A stretch of 64,000 nucleotides of DNA, from assembly GCA_018671175.1 (NCBI GenBank), contig JABHIE010000003.1:36560-100559 (forward strand), read 5' to 3'. The notes below the pieces were generated by a model, which was not told where the DNA came from, made no database searches, and worked only from the letters and a program-made list of their open reading frames with translations. The stretch's first letter is position 1. Every line of letters begins with the position of its first letter. Origin of the DNA: Planctomycetota bacterium (lineage in GTDB: Bacteria > Planctomycetota > UBA1135). Position numbers and translations under genes: made by a program. This document shows, piece after piece, positions 10,181 to 20,007 of this stretch.

Positions 10181-11269
10181 TTATTCGGTCGCTGTTTTGA
10201 GCATCGCCCAAAAACCATCAAGCTGTGGGTCAAGCACATCAGATGGGGCAACCCATTTCACGAAAATGGGACCTTGCGAAGTCATTACGGCGCCAACGGC
10301 CATCGTCCAGCCCTCGGCCTGTGCACCAGAAACCTTTTCGTTACGGCCGCGGAGCATCATGGTGTGTACCGGCAAAGTGCTGCCTTCAATCTCGCCCTTT
10401 TCGATTTTTCCGTCAACCTGAAACGAGCCAAGGAAATAATTGAAGGTCATCTCAACCTTTTCTTTTTCAGGGCCGGTGTAGCTCATTGTGACTAAACCGC
10501 CGTTTGGAGTCTGCCATTTGCCCAAGTAGTAGGCCGGGTTGAAGTCGATGCTCTCCCAGTTGCTGAAGCCCTTGAGGTGCAAACTAGGGGCGCCACGAGC
10601 GGGTGCAGCCTTGGGCTTAGAAGCCTGATTCTTGCTTGGTGCTGGAGTGGCGGAAGAACCCGCGTTTGCCTGACGCATTGCGTTCCAGAAATCTTCGAGT
10701 TGGCCGTCAATTGCACTAGAAGCACCGACCCATTTCACGAAGATTGGGCCCAGATGAGTAACCACGGCCGCAACAGCCAAGGTCGCCTCAGCTTCGCCAC
10801 CAAATTGGCCGTGTGCGACCATTGTGTGCACAGGCAAAAGCCCGCCTTCTAGTTTGGCGCGATTGATTTCGCCTTGAACCTGGAATGAATTTAGGTAGTA
10901 ATCAAAAGTCATCTCAATCTTAGACAGCTCAGGGCCGGTGTAAGACATATTGACTGCACCACCATTTGGAGTCGCCCATTTGCCAAGGTAGTAGCCCGAG
11001 TTGAACTCAATGGCTTTCCAACCAGCAGGAGCCGGGAAAGTTAGCCCTGGTTTATCGCTCGGCGCACTTGCGTTGCTGGGGCCAGCTTGCGCCTCGCCCG
11101 TTGCGGCATGCTGCGCATGGTCGTGATCACTCTCGCCCTCATGTTGAGTCTGAGACTGAGTGCCCATAGCCAAGTTGGGGTCGGGAGCCTTGACGCAGGC
11201 GACCAACGAGAAAAGGGCGCAGCCAGACAAGCAAGCTAGCGCAGAGAACAAGGGTGATGAGTGGCGCAT
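10181..11269 (-). CDS. Hypothetical lipoprotein with two tandem homologous domains
   Basis: LVAC lipobox; duplicated segment YYLGKW.TPNGG.V.MSYTGPE..K.EMTF.Y.L.SFQV...GPIFVKWV. Confidence 0.8.
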   Translation of the reverse strand: MRHSSPLFSALACLSGCALFSLVACVKAPDPNLAMGTQSQTQHEGESDHDHAQHAATGEAQAGPSNASAPSDKPGLTFPAPAGWKAIEFNSGYYLGKWATPNGGAVNMSYTGPELSKIEMTFDYYLNSFQVQGEINRAKLEGGLLPVHTMVAHGQFGGEAEATLAVAAVVTHLGPIFVKWVGASSAIDGQLEDFWNAMRQANAGSSATPAPSKNQASKPKAAPARGAPSLHLKGFSNWESIDFNPAYYLGKWQTPNGGLVTMSYTGPEKEKVEMTFNYFLGSFQVDGKIEKGEIEGSTLPVHTMMLRGRNEKVSGAQAEGWTMAVGAVMTSQGPIFVKWVAPSDVLDPQLDGFWAMLKTATE

Positions 11270-11293
11270 GGCCGAAGATTGTAACCTGCCTTC

Positions 11294-12649
11294 ATGGCGA
11301 TTCCTTTGACAACCCCATGGTTTCGCAGGGCACCTTGCGCCCTGTTATTTCTGTTATTGAGCCTCGGTTCATGCCGCGAAACCTTGATCGCAGTTGAGAC
11401 CATTGTTGCCCAAGGTGGGTCGGCCACTCGCACAATGACTGTCACATCACACGATTTATCTGAAAGCGACCAACCACTCACTTCTCACCCCGAAGATCTC
11501 CGTCTGCCCGTAGCGGGCTGGTCCCTTGAAAAGCAAGAAGTGGGCGAATTCCGGGCAAGCTCATACATCGCCGATCTCAATCAATCTGGTTCCCCGCTCT
11601 CCTTTCAATCTAGGGGTCAATCCACTCGCTGGAATACGACTTACAAAGAGCAAGACTGGGTGTTGTTCCGCCGCATTCTTTATCAAGAGAGTGTGCGCGA
11701 TGTCATCGATCCGACAACTGTAAAAGGTGCTATCGACGAGGCCTCACAAGTCGCCGCGGAAGTTATGTCAGATGTCTTCCATAATCTCATTGGTGCTGGC
11801 TTTGAAGACAGTGTGCTTTTTACTCGTCTAAAGAAAGACTTGCCTGCGTTCTTCCGAGATGCCGGTTTTATTGTCTGGCAAGAAATGTCTCGTACAGCGC
11901 ATCAATCCAGAAAAGATGAGCAAAAGCGTCTCGAGCGCCGCATTTTATTGCTGGCCATTGATTATGGTTTGCCTCTCAGCCCCAAGTGGGTCACCAGCCT
12001 TAAGACCAACCCCGGTGATGACACAGATCATAAAATCGAACAATCCATTTTGCTTTGGGTGGAAGAGTTGCTCCAACCAACAGAGATTCAAGAAGGGCGA
12101 CAGGCGATTTATCCCGACCTAAAAGCCATGCTCTTTGACGGCCCATTCGAGCAGGCTGTTTCTGATGCTGCCAAGGATAAATTCGGTGGCGAAGAGGGGC
12201 TTGATGATTGGGTCAAAGATATCGAAAGTCGTCTTTTCGGCGCTTTTGGTCCGAGCCGAGATGATGTCCGCTTCCGCCTCACCGTAAAACTCCCAGGCAC
12301 CTTGTTGCGCAGTAACGGCTGGCTTCAAGAAGATGGTCGTACCTTTCATGAGTTTCTTGCGGGCGAGGTCTTCCCTGATGGCAGTGGTCTAGAAGCCGAG
12401 AGTATCGTCTGGGATTTCAATGCTCTATCTGCGTTGGGCGCGGGCTCGCTGATTCCAAATAACCAAACAGTGCTTGCTTGGATGACTCTGTTGGGCGATA
12501 AAGAGTCCCCATTGTCTACTAGATTAAGAGGCCGTTTAGACGAGGTGTTAAAAGTATGTATCCAAGATCGCTCACTCGATGAGTTGGAAGAAAAACTCCC
12601 CCAAGATTTTGAAGCCATCGAGTCTTTTCTTGCTGCTGAGAAACTTTAA
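11294..12649 (+). CDS. Hypothetical lipoprotein
   Basis: 451-aa ORF with LGSC lipobox; no recognised domain. Confidence 0.75.
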   Translation: MAIPLTTPWFRRAPCALLFLLLSLGSCRETLIAVETIVAQGGSATRTMTVTSHDLSESDQPLTSHPEDLRLPVAGWSLEKQEVGEFRASSYIADLNQSGSPLSFQSRGQSTRWNTTYKEQDWVLFRRILYQESVRDVIDPTTVKGAIDEASQVAAEVMSDVFHNLIGAGFEDSVLFTRLKKDLPAFFRDAGFIVWQEMSRTAHQSRKDEQKRLERRILLLAIDYGLPLSPKWVTSLKTNPGDDTDHKIEQSILLWVEELLQPTEIQEGRQAIYPDLKAMLFDGPFEQAVSDAAKDKFGGEEGLDDWVKDIESRLFGAFGPSRDDVRFRLTVKLPGTLLRSNGWLQEDGRTFHEFLAGEVFPDGSGLEAESIVWDFNALSALGAGSLIPNNQTVLAWMTLLGDKESPLSTRLRGRLDEVLKVCIQDRSLDELEEKLPQDFEAIESFLAAEKL

Positions 12650-12672
12650 CTGAGTTCCAGAGCAACGCTCCC

Positions 12673-14049
12673 TTGCCGCAGACTCGCATCCTCAAACTAA
12701 CCGGCCCGCTGGTTATTTCGTTCTGGCTTCGCTCAGCCTTTGCGTGGGTCGACACCATTTTCGCGTCAGTTTTGCACGACGCGCAGGGGCAAGCACTTGG
12801 TGATGCATCCATCGCCGCAATTGGCCTGACTTTGCCATTTATGTTTGTGCAGACGGCTGTTTGGGTTGGCACATCAAATGGGCTTACTGCACGGCTGGCT
12901 GCCGCGATGGGAGCCGGCGAGTCTGGCAAAATTGAGCAACTTAAGCGAGCTGGCATCCACCTGATTTGGGGCTTAAACGGGCTATTCGCGCTCTTTGCTG
13001 TTGCTGTTTGGTTTCTTTCGCCACATGTCGGTTTGCCGAGCTTGGTGGCTCAGCAGTTTCAGATTTACGCCACCGTGATGGTTGCGGGCGCGGCATTGAC
13101 CTCTTTCTGGAGCATCCTGCCTGATTCACTGGTCAAGGCACATCACGACACACGCGGCACGATGTGGGCGGGTTTGTTTTCGGCGACGGCCAATGTCATC
13201 TTGAATGCAGTTTTCGTTTTCGTTTTCGGCTGGGGGATTTTTGGTATCGCTTTTTCCACCGTGATTGGGCGCTTGGCTGGTTTGTTTTTTGCGTTGCTGC
13301 GAGCTCGTGGGCATGAACGACTCCGAATTGCAGCTGAGTCAGCCCAGGCAACTTTGGCCACGGGGTCAGCGGCCTTCGCAAAACCGGTTGCCGCAATTTT
13401 GGTTTTGGCCGGCCCATCCATGATGACTTATTTGCTGATGGCTGTTGAATCTTTGGCGATTAATGGCATCCTTGCCAATGAGAGTGAGTCGGTGAGTTTG
13501 CTTGCGGCTTGGTCATTGTTTGACCGTGCAGTGCGTTTCTTGTCGATGCCTTTGATTGCTGCGGGGGTTGCGATGTTGCCACTTGCCGCTCGATTGAGTG
13601 GCGAAAAAAACTGGCATGCCTTGCATGAAGAGCTGCGCACACTTTGGCGTGCGGGAGGGCTTTATCTGATCGCTTTCGTGACCCCGCTTGCGGTTCTTTT
13701 GAGCCCACATCTTGCGAGATGGCTCACCGATGAGCCCGCTACATTTGAGCATGTCAATCAAGCCTTGCGGCTCATCCCAATTGGCGTGGCGGCGCTTTTG
13801 CCCTATTTGGTGAGTCGCTCGGCCTTCGAAGGAATCCAACTTCCACGCCCTGCACTTTGGGTCGCTCTCTTGCGAGCTTTCGTTCTCGTTGTCCCGCTAT
13901 CTTGGCTAGGTTTGCGCTTCCACCAAGAAATCGGCTATGCACCCATGCAAGGTGTGTGCGCTGGCTTTGCGCTTGGCACTTTTGCCGCTGGGGTTTTGCT
14001 AAATCGAATGCTCCGAAAACAACTGCGGCAACGCATGACAGCGGCCTAA
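12673..14049 (+). CDS. MATE-family efflux transporter
   Basis: About 12 TM; DTIFAS..G..SIAAIG and NVILN.VF.FGWGI.G.AFST motifs. Confidence 0.9.
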   Translation: MPQTRILKLTGPLVISFWLRSAFAWVDTIFASVLHDAQGQALGDASIAAIGLTLPFMFVQTAVWVGTSNGLTARLAAAMGAGESGKIEQLKRAGIHLIWGLNGLFALFAVAVWFLSPHVGLPSLVAQQFQIYATVMVAGAALTSFWSILPDSLVKAHHDTRGTMWAGLFSATANVILNAVFVFVFGWGIFGIAFSTVIGRLAGLFFALLRARGHERLRIAAESAQATLATGSAAFAKPVAAILVLAGPSMMTYLLMAVESLAINGILANESESVSLLAAWSLFDRAVRFLSMPLIAAGVAMLPLAARLSGEKNWHALHEELRTLWRAGGLYLIAFVTPLAVLLSPHLARWLTDEPATFEHVNQALRLIPIGVAALLPYLVSRSAFEGIQLPRPALWVALLRAFVLVVPLSWLGLRFHQEIGYAPMQGVCAGFALGTFAAGVLLNRMLRKQLRQRMTAA

Positions 14050-14068
14050 ACTCTGCTAGGATGGGAAG

Positions 14069-15292
14069 TTGCTTTTAAACAGCATGGCGTTCCCCCTTTC
14101 ACCCCTCTTTGCTTTTTTGTTGTGCGTTGGGCCTTTGCTGGCTCAGGGCAATGAGATCGTTGCATGGGGTTCTAATGACCACCAACAGGTTAGCCAGGCT
14201 CCGAGCACGGCTGAGTTCATTCAAGTTAGCGGCGGTTGGGAGCATGCGCTCGCCCTCAAAACTGATGGCAGTATCGTTTCTTGGGGCTGGGACAACTACG
14301 GTCAAGTCGCTCAAACACCTACGGGCACGGGCTTCAACATGGTGGCCGGCGCCATGTACCACTCACTTGCCGTCCACAGCGACGGAACTCTTCGCGCTTG
14401 GGGCTACGATGTCCATGGTCAGGTGAGCAATGCACCTCTGACGGCTGATTTTGCCCTAGCAGATGGTGGGCTGAACCATTCCTTCGCGCTCAAGAGTGAT
14501 GGCTCACTCGTTTCATGGGGAAGTGATGCGGTGAACCAGATAACCAATACGCCCGCGGGGTTTGATTACACTCAAATTGCGGCGGGTGCGGAATTTTCTT
14601 TAGCCCTGCGCAATGACGGCAGCATCGCGGCTTGGGGCTGGGACGGCTACAACCAGATTTCTGCAGCACCCGCCGGCGTGGGCTTTACTCAAATCGCTGC
14701 TGGTTGGAATCACGGCATGGCTTTGCATAGCGACGGCAGTTTGACCTCTTGGGGTGCTGACACATACGGCGCTGTAAGCCAGACTCCCATCGGAAATGAC
14801 TTTGTTTCCATCGCCTGTGGTGCCGAGCATTCATTTGCAATTAAAACGGATGGCACCATCGTTTCATGGGGGCAAGACTTTTTCCAACAAGTCACGGATT
14901 CCCCAGCGGGCTCTGATTTCGTCCAGCTCGCAGGCGGATGGAATCACTCCCTGGCTCTACGCTCGGCAGCTAGTGGGCCCATTTACAACATTTCCAATCT
15001 AATCGTTGGAATGGTCGCGACCGTAGAGGTTTCAAATTGCCCAGCGGGAAGCCAGGTCGTTTTTGCCTATTCCTTTGCAGGCCCTGGCCCGACTTCGACT
15101 GTTTACGGAGATGTCGAAATGAGCCTGCCCATTAACCACCTCGGGCCTTTCCCTGAGGTGGCGGGGCTTGCTTCGATTCAGGTCTTAATCCCAGGCTCTT
15201 TAGCAGGCAATATGGTGCATACGCAGAGTCTTGTGTTGCAGGGTGGTGGTGTGTCGACTTTGACTAATGCGTTGCACTTGAGCGTTCTGTAA
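14069..15292 (+). CDS. Secreted RCC1/BLIP-II-type repeat protein
   Basis: Signal peptide; about 7 repeats of G..H.LAL.SDG.I.SWG.D; C-terminal ~105-aa domain. Confidence 0.88.
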   Translation: MLLNSMAFPLSPLFAFLLCVGPLLAQGNEIVAWGSNDHQQVSQAPSTAEFIQVSGGWEHALALKTDGSIVSWGWDNYGQVAQTPTGTGFNMVAGAMYHSLAVHSDGTLRAWGYDVHGQVSNAPLTADFALADGGLNHSFALKSDGSLVSWGSDAVNQITNTPAGFDYTQIAAGAEFSLALRNDGSIAAWGWDGYNQISAAPAGVGFTQIAAGWNHGMALHSDGSLTSWGADTYGAVSQTPIGNDFVSIACGAEHSFAIKTDGTIVSWGQDFFQQVTDSPAGSDFVQLAGGWNHSLALRSAASGPIYNISNLIVGMVATVEVSNCPAGSQVVFAYSFAGPGPTSTVYGDVEMSLPINHLGPFPEVAGLASIQVLIPGSLAGNMVHTQSLVLQGGGVSTLTNALHLSVL

Positions 15293-15315
15293 TAACGGTT
15301 TTTTTACTAGAAAGG

Positions 15316-15343
15316 GTGTCCCATTCGCCCAGTTTTTCCTCTT
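15316..15343 (+). promoter_or_regulatory. Candidate alternative (ECF-type) sigma promoter GTGTCCC-N15-CCTCTT
   Basis: Same bipartite motif with identical spacing recurs at 62624-62651. Confidence 0.45.
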
Positions 15344-15410
15344 ATTCTTATGGAGGGTCTTTTTTCTCCACTCCATACCACTTTTCATCCCCTCATCCTC
15401 TCATCCTCTC

Positions 15411-18400
15411 ATGAGCCACTTCGTTCGTTCCTGTGCGGCATTCGCCGTTGCCACTTTTTGCGTTTCATTTCCCGTCTCCGCCCAATCAGGGCCCATTTTC
15501 GCTTGGGGTGACGATACATATCAGCAAATTTCTGAGAGCCCTTTGCATACTGATTTCACTCACCTTTCTGGTGGCCGGCATTTTGCACTTGCGCTTCGTG
15601 AAAATGGATCAATCGTGGCTTGGGGTGATGATTCCTTTGGGCAAGTTGCTGACACACCCAACGGCACTGGCTTCTATGAGCTTGCTGCCGGCGATCGACA
15701 TGGGTTAGCCCTCAAGACGGATGGCAGCCTCCGTTCATGGGGTTACAACGATCAGTCTGTTGTATCCGATACTCCTCTAGGCATCGGTTTCGCTCAAGTT
15801 GCATCTAGTGCCGGCTATTCCTTGGCTAGACTAGCCTCTGGCTCCCTCGTGATTTGGGGCAACACCCTTGGGCATCTTGATGTTGACTTGCCGAGCGAGA
15901 CCGATTTTATTCAGATTTCGGCTGGGCCAAGATACGCCCTCGCTCTTCACGCTGACGGCCGAATCGAGGCTTGGGGAGATGACCTCGGTATGGGTGTTGT
16001 TGCTGACGCGCCGCTCGGTTCCGGTTTTGTAGCTATTTCTGCAGGCGAGTCTCATGCGCTGGCAATCCGATCTGATGGTTCGTTGGTGGCTTGGGGTCGA
16101 GATACATTTGGGCAGATTTCAAATATGCCTTCAGCGGGGTTCTTTACAGACATTGCAACGGGGCAAGCTCATTCCGTTGCCCTAGACCGTGACGGCTTGG
16201 TGCATACTTGGGGCAAAGACAATTACGGCCAAGTTTCAGGTGTCTCCACTGTGTCAGATGTCATTTATATATCAAGTGGGCTTAACTTTTCCCTTTCAAT
16301 CGTCGGGAAATATGCACCCGTCGCAAATGATGATTCAGGTCAAGTCGATGAAGATCAATCCATTTTGATTGATGTCATGGCAAATGATACAGACCGTAAT
16401 CAAACCGAAATCGCAATCATTGATGTCCAAAATGGTGCAAATGGTTCCGCCGCTCTAGAGAGCGGGCAAATTCGGTACACGCCTAACGCCGATTGGAATG
16501 GCAGTGACTCCTTTACCTATACGATTAGTGATTCACTTGGTTTGACTTCGACTGCAACGGTTAACGCCCTTGTCAATTCCATCGAAGATCCACCTCTTGC
16601 CGTTAAAGATTCGTTTGCCATCGCTGAAGACTCAGCTTCCACCCAGCTCAATGTCTTGGCCAATGACATTGATGTTGACGGTCATCTCTTGACGGTCGTT
16701 GAAATAGGTGCTGCTGATTTCGGCACATCCTTATTGCAAGCGGGGCTTGTCAGTTACCAGCCCGTTGCGGATTGGTTTGGCGAGGCTACTTTTTTCTATA
16801 CCTGCGAAGACCCAACGGGCCTGCGTTCGACGGCAACAATTACCGTGACCGTTGACCCTGTCAATGATGCGCCCGTTTCCCTCGATGACGCCGCCGCAAC
16901 TCTCGAAGATACCCCACTTACGATTGATGCCCTAGCAAATGACTTTGATGTCGATGACACAGTACTCGTCATCTCTCAAGTCGGTTCTCCAGGCCATGGT
17001 CAAGTTTCAAACCTTGGCGGTGCAGAAATCCTCTATACACCTGATCAGCATTGGTTTGGCACAGATTCTTTCAGCTACACCATCGTCGACCCTCATGGGT
17101 TAAGCTCAAGTTCTACAGTCGTTGTTACTGTGTCGCCTGTCGAAGACACACCCATCGCCAATGATGACTCATTCACTTTAGCTGAAGATTCAGGCTATGA
17201 AATTTTAAGCGTCCTGGGAAATGACACAGATGGTGATGGGCATGTTTTGACTGTTGTTGAAGTGTCCGCAGCAGATTTTGGTCGATCCGTTTTGCAAAAT
17301 GGCGTCGTGGCTTATAAGCCAGATGCTGACTGGTTTGGTTCCGCGACATTTTCTTATACCTGCCAAGATCCAACGGGCCTGCAAGCCTCAGCAGTCATTT
17401 CCATAACAGTTGATCCTGTCAATGACCCACCCGTTTCCAACGATGATTCTGAATCTACGACAGAAGATGTGCCTGTCCTCATTGATGTTCTTTCTAACGA
17501 CACCGATGTCGATGAAGATCTTCTTCTTGTCACAGCTGTAGGCGCAGCCTCGCACGGAGAGGTCATTATTGTTAGCGCAGGTGCGGGCGTCCGTTATTCT
17601 CCAGAAGCTCATTGGTTCGGCTCTGATAGCTTTACTTATCTTTGCTCAGATGGGGCCGGTGGCGAGAGTCAATCTACGGTTTTTGTCTCAGTGTCGAGTG
17701 AAAATGATGCAGCGGTGCCCGAAGATGATCACTATCAGATGCAAGAGGGCGTCACCCCTGACTACATTCTCATTGACCCATTAAGCAATGACTGGGATCC
17801 AGAAGACGATGCCTTCTTCTTGGTTTCTATCACAAGCCCCAATTATGGAAACAGCCTGAATCACTCCACTGCTGGGGTGGTTTATCAGGCACCTGATTCT
17901 AATTGGTACGGAGAAGATGAATTCACTTATACGATCGAAGAAGCAAACGGATTGCAATCTGTGGGCACAATCCGCATCTCAATCGCCAATGTAAATGATG
18001 CACCTAATGCTCAAGATGATCAGGCACTAACACCTGAAGATGTTTTTGTCGCAATCCCAGTTTTAGATAATGATCTAGACGCTGACTTGGATTACCCATG
18101 GTCGACAGAACAGTTGACGATTAAGATCAAATCCGCTCCAGCTCATGGCTTGGCCACGGTCAATGGTGCTTCGATTACTTACTTGCCAGAGCCTGATTGG
18201 TCTGGGGCAGACAGCTTCGATTACTCAATTACCGACAGCGGCGGCCTCATATCTACAGCGACCGTCATGGTGACGGTTTCGCCTGTAAATGATCTGCCCG
18301 TGGCTTCAGATGACTTTGCTGAAATGGACGAAGATGGCGCGCAACCCCTGATTGATGTTCTCAGCAACGACTCTGACCCCGTTGAGCAATCTCCTCTTTC

Positions 18401-20003
18401 AGTGAAATCCGTATCAACACCATCGCACGGCGTTGCGCAAATTGTAAATGGCATGGTTTCCTATAAACCCGATGCAGACTGGAACGGTACAGATGATTTC
18501 ACCTACATTTGCAGCGATGCTGACGGCGGAGAGGCTACAGCTTCAGTTCAAATCATCGTCAGCCCGGTCAATGATGACCCCGTCGCTGAGCCAGACTTTG
18601 TCGAAATGGACACCAACTCCGGCCCGGTGCCCATTGATGTTGTGCTGAATGACACCGATATTGATGAAGACACGCTTTCTCTTGAAAGCGTGGTCGAGCC
18701 GCCCTTCCACGGCTCAGCCATCAAGAATGCCTTAGGTGGTGTCGACTACACCCCAGCACTGAATTACTTTGGTGTTGATTCCTTCCGTTATGAAATTTCA
18801 GACGGCCAAGGCGGCACCGCAGAAGGGGTCGTTACCGTGATAGTCGTGAAGCCAGCATCGATTGTTTCTTGGGGTTATGACTTCCATAGCCAAGTCGCTG
18901 ACACGCCTACGGATCAGTACATGGAACGCGTCGCTTGTGGTGCAGATCACACCTTGGCACTCGACGAAAGTGGCAACCTTTACTCTTGGGGATACGACGG
19001 TTTTAAACAAGTTTCAGAAGCCCCTGTGGGTTTGAGCTTTACCGAAATCGCCGCAGGAAAAAGCCATTCCTTAGCGATTGATCTTGCGGGCAAGTTGCAC
19101 GCATGGGGAGATAACAGCGAAGCCCAAACAACCGTTGACCTCCTTGGCTCAGATTATGTCCAGGTTTCAGCCGGTGGGATGCATTCTGTTGCCCGAGATT
19201 CTTCCGGCACGATTCAAGGGTGGGGCTCTGATGCTGCGGGGCAACTCCCCCAAGGCAATGGGGGCTACTCAGATGTCAGCGCGGGTTTCGACTTCACGCT
19301 GGCGATTGACGACCTTGGCGCAATTCATCACTTTGGCTTTAGTGGTTCTGAAGTTGGGGCCATCCTGCCTGCTGGCACTGATTTCATCAAGGTTGCTGCC
19401 GGTTTTGCTCACGGGTTGGCGTTGCGCAATGACGGTACTCTTGTTTCATGGGGGAATGATGATTTCAGGCAAGTCTCCGATACCCCATCTGATGATTTCT
19501 TCGTTGAAATCGGTGTCGGCTGGCATCACTCTTTTGCTATTACTACCGCGGGTCGCATGTACAGCTGGGGCCGCGATGATTTTGGACAACAATCTGATTC
19601 TCCTATTCGTCTGGGTTTCCTTGCTGTCTCTGGTGGCCGTGCTCACTCGGCGAGTGTCGCGCGCGTTACATTCCCGATATTGAGTGCGACTCCGTTTGTC
19701 GCAGGCCAGACGGCGACTTTAGAGTTGTCCGAGGCGGTTCCGGCAACGGAAGCATACTTCGTGTATTCGACGGCGGGGCCTGGTCCATGGGATACGCCTT
19801 ATGATTTTACGCTCGATCTCACTCCGCCGATTCATGGCGCGCCCGATCCGCTCTGGGTGCATCTCGTTGACAATCAAGGCAAGGCCTTTCAATTGATGCC
19901 CATCCCCCTTTCTTGGGTAGGAGCGCAAGTTTGGCTGCAAGTCGCTCTTCTTGAAGATGGCTTTTACCGTGTGAGTAATTTCATCGAAGAGACGGTTCAA
20001 TAG
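15411..20003 (+). CDS. Large secreted protein: RCC1 repeats, about 9 cadherin/Ig-like repeats, second RCC1 block, C-terminal domain
   Basis: Signal peptide; repeats P.A.DD...ED....IDVL.ND.D.D...Y.P..DW.G.DSF.Y flanked by RCC1 repeats. Confidence 0.9.
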   Translation: MSHFVRSCAAFAVATFCVSFPVSAQSGPIFAWGDDTYQQISESPLHTDFTHLSGGRHFALALRENGSIVAWGDDSFGQVADTPNGTGFYELAAGDRHGLALKTDGSLRSWGYNDQSVVSDTPLGIGFAQVASSAGYSLARLASGSLVIWGNTLGHLDVDLPSETDFIQISAGPRYALALHADGRIEAWGDDLGMGVVADAPLGSGFVAISAGESHALAIRSDGSLVAWGRDTFGQISNMPSAGFFTDIATGQAHSVALDRDGLVHTWGKDNYGQVSGVSTVSDVIYISSGLNFSLSIVGKYAPVANDDSGQVDEDQSILIDVMANDTDRNQTEIAIIDVQNGANGSAALESGQIRYTPNADWNGSDSFTYTISDSLGLTSTATVNALVNSIEDPPLAVKDSFAIAEDSASTQLNVLANDIDVDGHLLTVVEIGAADFGTSLLQAGLVSYQPVADWFGEATFFYTCEDPTGLRSTATITVTVDPVNDAPVSLDDAAATLEDTPLTIDALANDFDVDDTVLVISQVGSPGHGQVSNLGGAEILYTPDQHWFGTDSFSYTIVDPHGLSSSSTVVVTVSPVEDTPIANDDSFTLAEDSGYEILSVLGNDTDGDGHVLTVVEVSAADFGRSVLQNGVVAYKPDADWFGSATFSYTCQDPTGLQASAVISITVDPVNDPPVSNDDSESTTEDVPVLIDVLSNDTDVDEDLLLVTAVGAASHGEVIIVSAGAGVRYSPEAHWFGSDSFTYLCSDGAGGESQSTVFVSVSSENDAAVPEDDHYQMQEGVTPDYILIDPLSNDWDPEDDAFFLVSITSPNYGNSLNHSTAGVVYQAPDSNWYGEDEFTYTIEEANGLQSVGTIRISIANVNDAPNAQDDQALTPEDVFVAIPVLDNDLDADLDYPWSTEQLTIKIKSAPAHGLATVNGASITYLPEPDWSGADSFDYSITDSGGLISTATVMVTVSPVNDLPVASDDFAEMDEDGAQPLIDVLSNDSDPVEQSPLSVKSVSTPSHGVAQIVNGMVSYKPDADWNGTDDFTYICSDADGGEATASVQIIVSPVNDDPVAEPDFVEMDTNSGPVPIDVVLNDTDIDEDTLSLESVVEPPFHGSAIKNALGGVDYTPALNYFGVDSFRYEISDGQGGTAEGVVTVIVVKPASIVSWGYDFHSQVADTPTDQYMERVACGADHTLALDESGNLYSWGYDGFKQVSEAPVGLSFTEIAAGKSHSLAIDLAGKLHAWGDNSEAQTTVDLLGSDYVQVSAGGMHSVARDSSGTIQGWGSDAAGQLPQGNGGYSDVSAGFDFTLAIDDLGAIHHFGFSGSEVGAILPAGTDFIKVAAGFAHGLALRNDGTLVSWGNDDFRQVSDTPSDDFFVEIGVGWHHSFAITTAGRMYSWGRDDFGQQSDSPIRLGFLAVSGGRAHSASVARVTFPILSATPFVAGQTATLELSEAVPATEAYFVYSTAGPGPWDTPYDFTLDLTPPIHGAPDPLWVHLVDNQGKAFQLMPIPLSWVGAQVWLQVALLEDGFYRVSNFIEETVQ

Positions 20004-20007
20004 CGAG

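Noticed and set aside
15350..15411. Upstream ATG as a leader peptide coupled to the giant RCC1 gene
   Set aside because: It is out of frame and its stop does not overlap the main ATG
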